Assembly: GCA_951406725.2 (NCBI GenBank)
Contig: OX597838.1
Span: 18,290,001 to 18,354,000, forward strand
Direction of reading: 5' to 3'
DNA: 64,000 nt
Origin: Octopus vulgaris
Lineage: Eukaryota
A program made the translations under genes and the position numbers. Below the pieces are notes generated by a model. It saw only the letters and a program-made list of their open reading frames with translations, was not told where the DNA came from and did no database searches. Shown in pieces: positions 57,700 to 64,000 of the stretch; position 1 is the stretch's first letter, and each line of letters starts with the position of its first letter.

Positions 57700-57861
57700 T
57701 TATGAGGAAATATTTCGTTCCGAAATTCCTATGAACGAATTTCTATCTGACGTATTATGAAAACCACTTCTACTCTGTGAGGATTTCGCTTCATTGTTTT
57801 TATTTTCTTTTAAATCTATTTTCATGTCTCCTGTAATCTCCTGAAGCATATGGGAGTAGAG
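57700..57861 (-). CDS. Weak candidate exon (LYSHMLQEITGDMKIDLKENK...SS*), either coding or UTR
   Basis: Acceptor tttccttacag| is followed by a 53-codon open frame in unique sequence. No homology recognised. Confidence 0.2.
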   Translation of the reverse strand, partial: LYSHMLQEITGDMKIDLKENKNNEAKSSQSRSGFHNTSDRNSFIGISERNISS

Positions 57862-57967
57862 CTGTAAGGAAATTATCAAAGAACACGAGACAACAACGTT
57901 CAATAAGTTTTTCTTCCAGAATGGTTAGAGTGCAATGGCACAGATTAGGGAATGGTAGCAGCTCCTT

Positions 57968-57986
57968 TATAATAATAATAATAATG

Positions 57987-58035
<49 letters not shown>

Positions 58036-58052
58036 TAATAATAATAATAATG

Positions 58053-58095
<43 letters not shown>

Positions 58096-58151
58096 TAATA
58101 ATAATAATGATAATAATAATAATAATGATAATAATAATAATGATAATAATA

Positions 58152-58195
<44 letters not shown>

Positions 58196-58355
58196 AATGA
58201 TAATAAAAATAATTATAATAATAATGATTATAATAATAATAATTATAATAATAATAATGATAATAATAATAATAATAATAATGATGATAATAATAATGAT
58301 AATAATAATAATAATAATAATCATAATAATAATAATAATAATAATGATAATAATA

Positions 58356-58399
<44 letters not shown>

Positions 58400-58583
58400 A
58401 ATGATAATAAAAATAATTATAATAATAATAATTATAATAATAATAATTATAATAATAATAATGATAATAATAATAATAATAATAATAATGATGATAATAA
58501 TAATGATAATAATAATAATAATAATAATCATAATAATAATAATAATTATAATAATAATAATAATAATAATTATAATAATAATG
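57968..58583. repeat. (AAT)n/(GAT) array with a higher-order duplication of about 205 bp
   Basis: Variant landmarks aaaataattata (about 58205 and 58409) and atcata (about 58320 and 58527) recur at 204-207 bp spacing. Confidence 0.85.
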
Positions 58584-58719
58584 GTGGTGGTGGTGGTGGT
58601 GATGATGATGATAATTATTGTTATTGTTGTTGTAGTAATCTGTCACCATCACCGGAAGAGCTTAGATTATATTGAAACAATAGATTTCAATATGCTAACC
58701 AAATTAAAATCCTTATAAA

Positions 58720-59180
58720 AAGGCGGCGAGCTGGCAGAAACGTTAGCACGCCGGGCGAAATGCTTACGGGCATTACGTCTGCTGCTACGTTCTGAGTTCA
58801 AATTCCGCAGAGGTCGACTTCGCCTTTCATCTTTCGGGGTCGATAAATTAAGTACCAGTTGCACACTGGGGTCAATGTAATCGACTCAATCCGTTTGTCT
58901 GTCCTTGTTTGTCCTCTCTGTGTTTAGCCCCTTGTGGATAGTAAAGAAATAGGTATTTCGTCTGCCGCTACGTTCTGAGTTTAAATTCCGCCAAGGTCGA
59001 CTTTGCCTTTCATCCTTTCGGGGTCGATAAATTAAGTACCAGTTGCGCACTGGGGTCGATGTAATCGACTCAATCCGTTTGTCTATCCTTGTTTGTCCTC
59101 TCTGTGTTTAGCTCCTTGTGGGTAATAAAGAAATAGGTATTTCATCCGTCTTTACGTTCTGAGTTAAAATTCCGCCGAGT
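58720..59180 (+). mobile_element. Meta-type SINE, partial trimer
   Basis: Two aaagaaatag|gtatttc junctions. Other copies at about 11008, 13680, 29501, 31922, 32141, 38610, 46478, 48606, 51451 and 51828. Confidence 0.85.
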
Positions 59181-59181
59181 T

Positions 59182-59710
59182 CGAGGGAGACGTACTGCCT
59201 CCTCCCCTTTTTTCACAGGGCTTATCGGTCGATGCCGCTGTCTACACAGAGGTTTTGGAGAAAGTTATGAAGTTCTAGATAGACAGAGCACACAACAAAA
59301 GACTGTAGGACTTCTAGTAAGACTGCGCCGTCTCAAACGGCTGGAACAACCCAAACATGGATGCATGCCAATCTCCATGTTCACGTTTTCCCAAACACAT
59401 TGCTTCTTACTTCTCAAGATTTCCAACCACTAGACTATTATTCTGTGTGGGGCTTAGTCGAGACAGAAGTCAGTCAACACGCCCTTAACACAATACAAAT
59501 CCGCCATAAATAGCACTATGTCAAAAATTGACAGAGATCATCTGATTCGGGGACATCGATGCTTCTGAACCCATATTGCAAACGGCCATTGATGCAAACG
59601 GTGGCTTTGTTGAATAGGGGGATAAAAGGATTCTCAAGATTATTTGTATTTCTGTGTCTTCAGAAACAGCATTTCTTTGATGAGATATACGTCTTTTTCT
59701 AAATTCATAC
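59182..59710 (+). mobile_element. Tc1/mariner superfamily (maT/DD37D-like) transposase C-terminal pseudogene
   Basis: EGDVLPPPLFSQGLSVDAAVYTEVLEKV...QDFQPLDYYSVWGLVE...IDANGGFVE*. Confidence 0.75.
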
Positions 59711-60168
59711 AACTGACCTCCAAAACCTGACACACTCTGTACACACACACACATACACATACACACACACATACACGTACCCGCAGATTAATGATCAGAC
59801 ATGTGTAAATGTGTGCGAGCGTGTGTATAGAGCCATTTATTACATCCTTTTCTAATATCCATTCTCTGTTGAGATTAATCCACGGAACTTAATCTGGTTT
59901 TCAAAATAGCTAAGTTATTTACACAATCTCTCTGGTAGTCTCCATTGATAAATTTTCCTCTCCAGCATTCTCCATAGCCATAGCGTGGTGAATTGTTAGC
60001 ACAATCTTAAATGTTGCACTCTTATCTCTTATATTAGGCACACACGTGTACACAAGACACATTCTGATATCATGAGTGCTGTACAAACACCACATATAAT
60101 GCATTACATATGTATGTGTGTATGCATGTCTACATGTGTGTATGAGTGTATATATATTTGCGTGTGTG

Positions 60169-60244
<76 letters not shown>

Positions 60245-60302
60245 AATATATAAATGACTGAAGCAAGTAAAAGTGTAAAAGAGTAAAAGATATATATATA
60301 TA

Positions 60303-60540
60303 TTTTACACTTTTACTTGTTTCAGTCATTTGACTTTGGCCAGGCTGAAGCACCGCCTTTTAGTCGAGCAAATTGACCACAGGACTTATTCTTTGTAAGC
60401 TTAGTGCTTATTCTATCGGTCTCTTATGCCGAACCGCTAAGTTACGGGGACGTAATCACATCATAATCGGTTATCAAGCGATGTTGAGGGGGAGGGGCAA
60501 ACACAGACAGACAAACATATACATACACACACACACATAT

Positions 60541-60606
<66 letters not shown>

Positions 60607-60750
60607 CAGGCTTCTTTCAGTTTCCGTCTACCAAATCCACTCACAAGGCTTTGGTCGGCCCGAGGCTATAGTAGAAGACACTTGCCCAAGGTGCCACGCT
60701 GTGGGACTGAACCTGGAACCATGTGGTTGGTAAGCAAGCTACTTACCATA
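60303..60750 (-). mobile_element. CORE-type SINE, full length
   Basis: Reverse complement of the 11751 family. Confidence 0.85.
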
Positions 60751-60852
60751 CAGACATACATAATACATACATATATACATATATACATCTATATAGACAT
60801 AAATTTATATGTTAATACACATTTATATATATATATATGTATATATATGTGC

Positions 60853-60893
<41 letters not shown>

Positions 60894-61408
60894 ATCATAT
60901 ACACACACACATACACGACACACACACACACACTCACATATATGTATATACAAAATTTGAGAGAAAGAAAACGGAATTCACGAGACTCTTTATTCACTAC
61001 GATCGTTTCGACCCATCAAGCACCAGTAGTTGAAGCCTATGTGTTGGTCTGGATAAGAGTTATTGAAAACGGATGGACTCATACGACTGGCAGTGATAGG
61101 GAAGGAAGGAATGTTTCGCATATAGAAGAGAAGCAAAAGAGAAACTGGTATGCAAACTATGAATGATTGCGTGTGTATGTATGCGTGTGTGTGTGTCTGT
61201 GTAATATTAAGGCCTATGTTTGCGTGTTTTAGGTGAGGTTTAAGATTATATGTATAAATTTAGTTAAATACCCTTACATATGTGCGTGTGTGTCGACGTG
61301 CTGTTAAGGTGTGCGTATGTATATCTTGCAAAATAAGTGTGTGCATCATCAACCTACTGTATGTGAACATGCACTTATTGTGCACGTGGTGCATGCGAGC
61401 ACGTGTGT

Positions 61409-61480
<72 letters not shown>

Positions 61481-61640
61481 CAGCTTTAGTGTAAATCAAT
61501 TTGGAGAGTTAGTATATATTGAAATATCGATGCGGAAAACGTATGTGCAAGTGGGTACACTCATATAAAAGTATGTGTGCGTGTGTGTATCTGTATGAGT
61601 GTATTTGCGCCTCTGTGTACTTGTGTGCGACAGTTGTGCC

Positions 61641-61694
<54 letters not shown>

Positions 61695-62788
61695 GAGAGT
61701 GTGTGTGTGTGTGTGTGTGTGTGCTGTGTTGGTATGATGCATAATGTGTGTACATATACGTTATTACTCTGTACATGTGTGTGTATTTTATATTTTGTTA
61801 TTGTGGTAATTGCTATGTTGTGCTTTGAAGCATACACATACGCACACACAAGCGCACACACGCACACACAAGCACATACATACACACATACATATGCTTC
61901 AAAAGATACACATACACACACACACACATATGCTTCACAAACACACATCCATATATATGTGTGTGTATGTGTGTGTTTGTGTGTTTGTGTGTGTGTGTGT
62001 TTGTGCGTGTGTGTTTGTTTGTGTGTGTGTGTGTGTGTGTATGTATGGGTAATATATATTTGTATGTGTTATTATTTATCAGTAGGATTCATGCGAAACA
62101 ATATGTAGCATCGTTCGTGTGTGTGTGTGTGTGTGTGTGTCTGTGTGTCTGTGTGTCTGTGTGTGTAATTCGCTTGGCATTATGTGTGTCGTGACTTGCG
62201 TGCTTGTGGAGATGTTCTGTAAATATGAAGGCTGTGTACGTGTAACTGTATGTGTGCTTATGCTGTGGGTCTGTGTACGGATAGAGAAAGTGGTGCCGTC
62301 TGTGTATGTGTGTATCGGTTCTATGTGTATTTGTATCATACGACATGTATGGATGTGTTTCCTCTTTGATCATTTACTTGCTTGAGTCTTTGGACTTCGG
62401 TCATGCTGGGGCAATGACTTGAAAGCCAATTTGAAAGCCAGTTTCTCAACCACACAGCCTCGCCTGCACCACGTGTATATGTGCACCACACGGGTGAAGT
62501 GATATGCGTGTTAGAGAAAAAGCGTTAATGTTCCCATGGGGAATGACTGAATGAGGAATAAAAATGATCTCCGATTTAGAGAAAGTGTTCAATGAATAAA
62601 TTGTCCTCACGTTACGTCCCAGAACAGTAAGACTAAAAATGAGCTCAATATAGAGAGTAGAGTAATATTTTATATAAATAAATACTTCACAATTCTACAA
62701 TTGTTTCTATTATCTCAATGGTGCCTTTGATACATATATATACCGACGGTGCATCAGCATGGCCGCGGCTCGGAGCTGAAACTAGGGA

Positions 62789-62870
<82 letters not shown>

Positions 62871-62894
62871 ATATACAAACAAACTCGATATCAA

Positions 62895-63725
62895 ATCACC
62901 TTATATACGGTGATGCCGTCTAATGGTCTTCTTGCTCTCAAACACTTTCTAGACCGTCAGCCGGACACCGCTACTCTTCATCATTTGGCCAAGCACGACT
63001 CTCCCTCAACGCATCCCATTAGTGGTGTTTTTTATCATCAAGTCACGGGAGTGGTCATAGGAACGAGAATGCGCCCCAACTATGCGAACCTATTCGTCGG
63101 TTATGTTTACGCCCAACTATTTTCCCAGTTCGCTTGTCTTACTCCTGAACTCTGTGGTCCTTATATCGACGAGTGTATTAGGGTGACTTCACTCTCCCTC
63201 GAAAATCTTGACTCCTTCCTCTCCTTCAGTACTTCCACCAGGCTCTCGAATTCTCCTGCAGTGTCTCCAACTCCTCCGTTGAATTTCTTGACATTTCTGT
63301 TTGTATACACCACTCCGTTCTTACTATCTCTATTCACCACAAACACTCCTATCTTAACTTCTCCTCCTCCCACCTTACCCACATCAGACTTTCCATCCCC
63401 TACTCCCAATCCAATGTACCATTCTTCTGTCGATTCCAGTCAGACCCCTCCACTTCCCCCAACTTCCCTCCTTCAAATAAGCCCATCATCTGCAGACATT
63501 CTGGTCCGTAGTTTCTCCCCTACTCCTGACACCCAGCTTAACTATTTCCCTAGCTCTGCCCCATACTGTCGCACCTAACACTACTTCTCCAACAACAGTA
63601 TCTTCATTGGCACCCACCACCGCCCCTATCACACATCCAACTCCTTTACTTGCACCTCCAGCAATGACATCTTCTGTATCTCCTGTTCTCTCTGTCCTTC
63701 CCTGTACATTGGTCAAACGGGATGC
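62895..63725 (+). mobile_element. Penelope-like element remnant (RT plus start of GIY-YIG endonuclease)
   Basis: LYTVMP..GLLALKHFL, YHQVTGVVIGTRMRPNYANLFVG, YIDE, EFLDISV, and FTCTSSNDIFCISCSLCPSLYIGQTG. Confidence 0.85.
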
Positions 63726-64000
63726 AACTAAAAGCTGGTATGTGATGCAGAAGCAAATGTTGTGATCTACTATTAAAGCTTGATGTCCTCCATCCTCGTG
63801 TTACGAGATTTTATTCGGATTATACTTTACCCGAATTATACTATATACATGTATGTATGTATGTATGTATGTATGTATGTATGTATGTATGTATGTATGT
63901 ATGTATGTATGTATGTATGTATGTATGTATGTATATATGTATGTATGTATGTATGTATGAATGTATGTATGTTTGTATGTAGGCGTAGGAGTGGCTGTGT

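Overview
AT-rich, microsatellite-saturated animal genomic DNA, most likely intronic or intergenic sequence from an octopus (inferred from the SINE repertoire and the extreme (TA)n/(TATG)n/(AAT)n load). Nearly all long ORFs in the ORF track are microsatellite artefacts. The window contains dozens of tRNA-derived SINEs (CORE-type, Meta-type, and a third head found with swappable tails). It also holds decayed LINEs (R4/Dong-like RLE elements, RTE, CR1, Tx1/L1), a Penelope-like RT/GIY-YIG remnant, mariner/maT/hAT DNA-transposon relics and two clean non-autonomous Helitrons. One host coding exon is convincing (minus strand, start-codon exon 53066-53300). The most striking signal is a set of about 10 type I hammerhead-ribozyme motifs from several unrelated short repeat families, all with short palindromic stem III. 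They include two canonical copies whose stem II covaries, and one copy with intact stems whose core carries the compensatory G3-C8 swap (GUGAACA). Also notable: Dong-like LINE lineages and a non-coding passenger that appear to target (AAT)n versus (CATA)n microsatellites, and several locally templated insertions. Everything was read by eye; no searches or folding programs were run.
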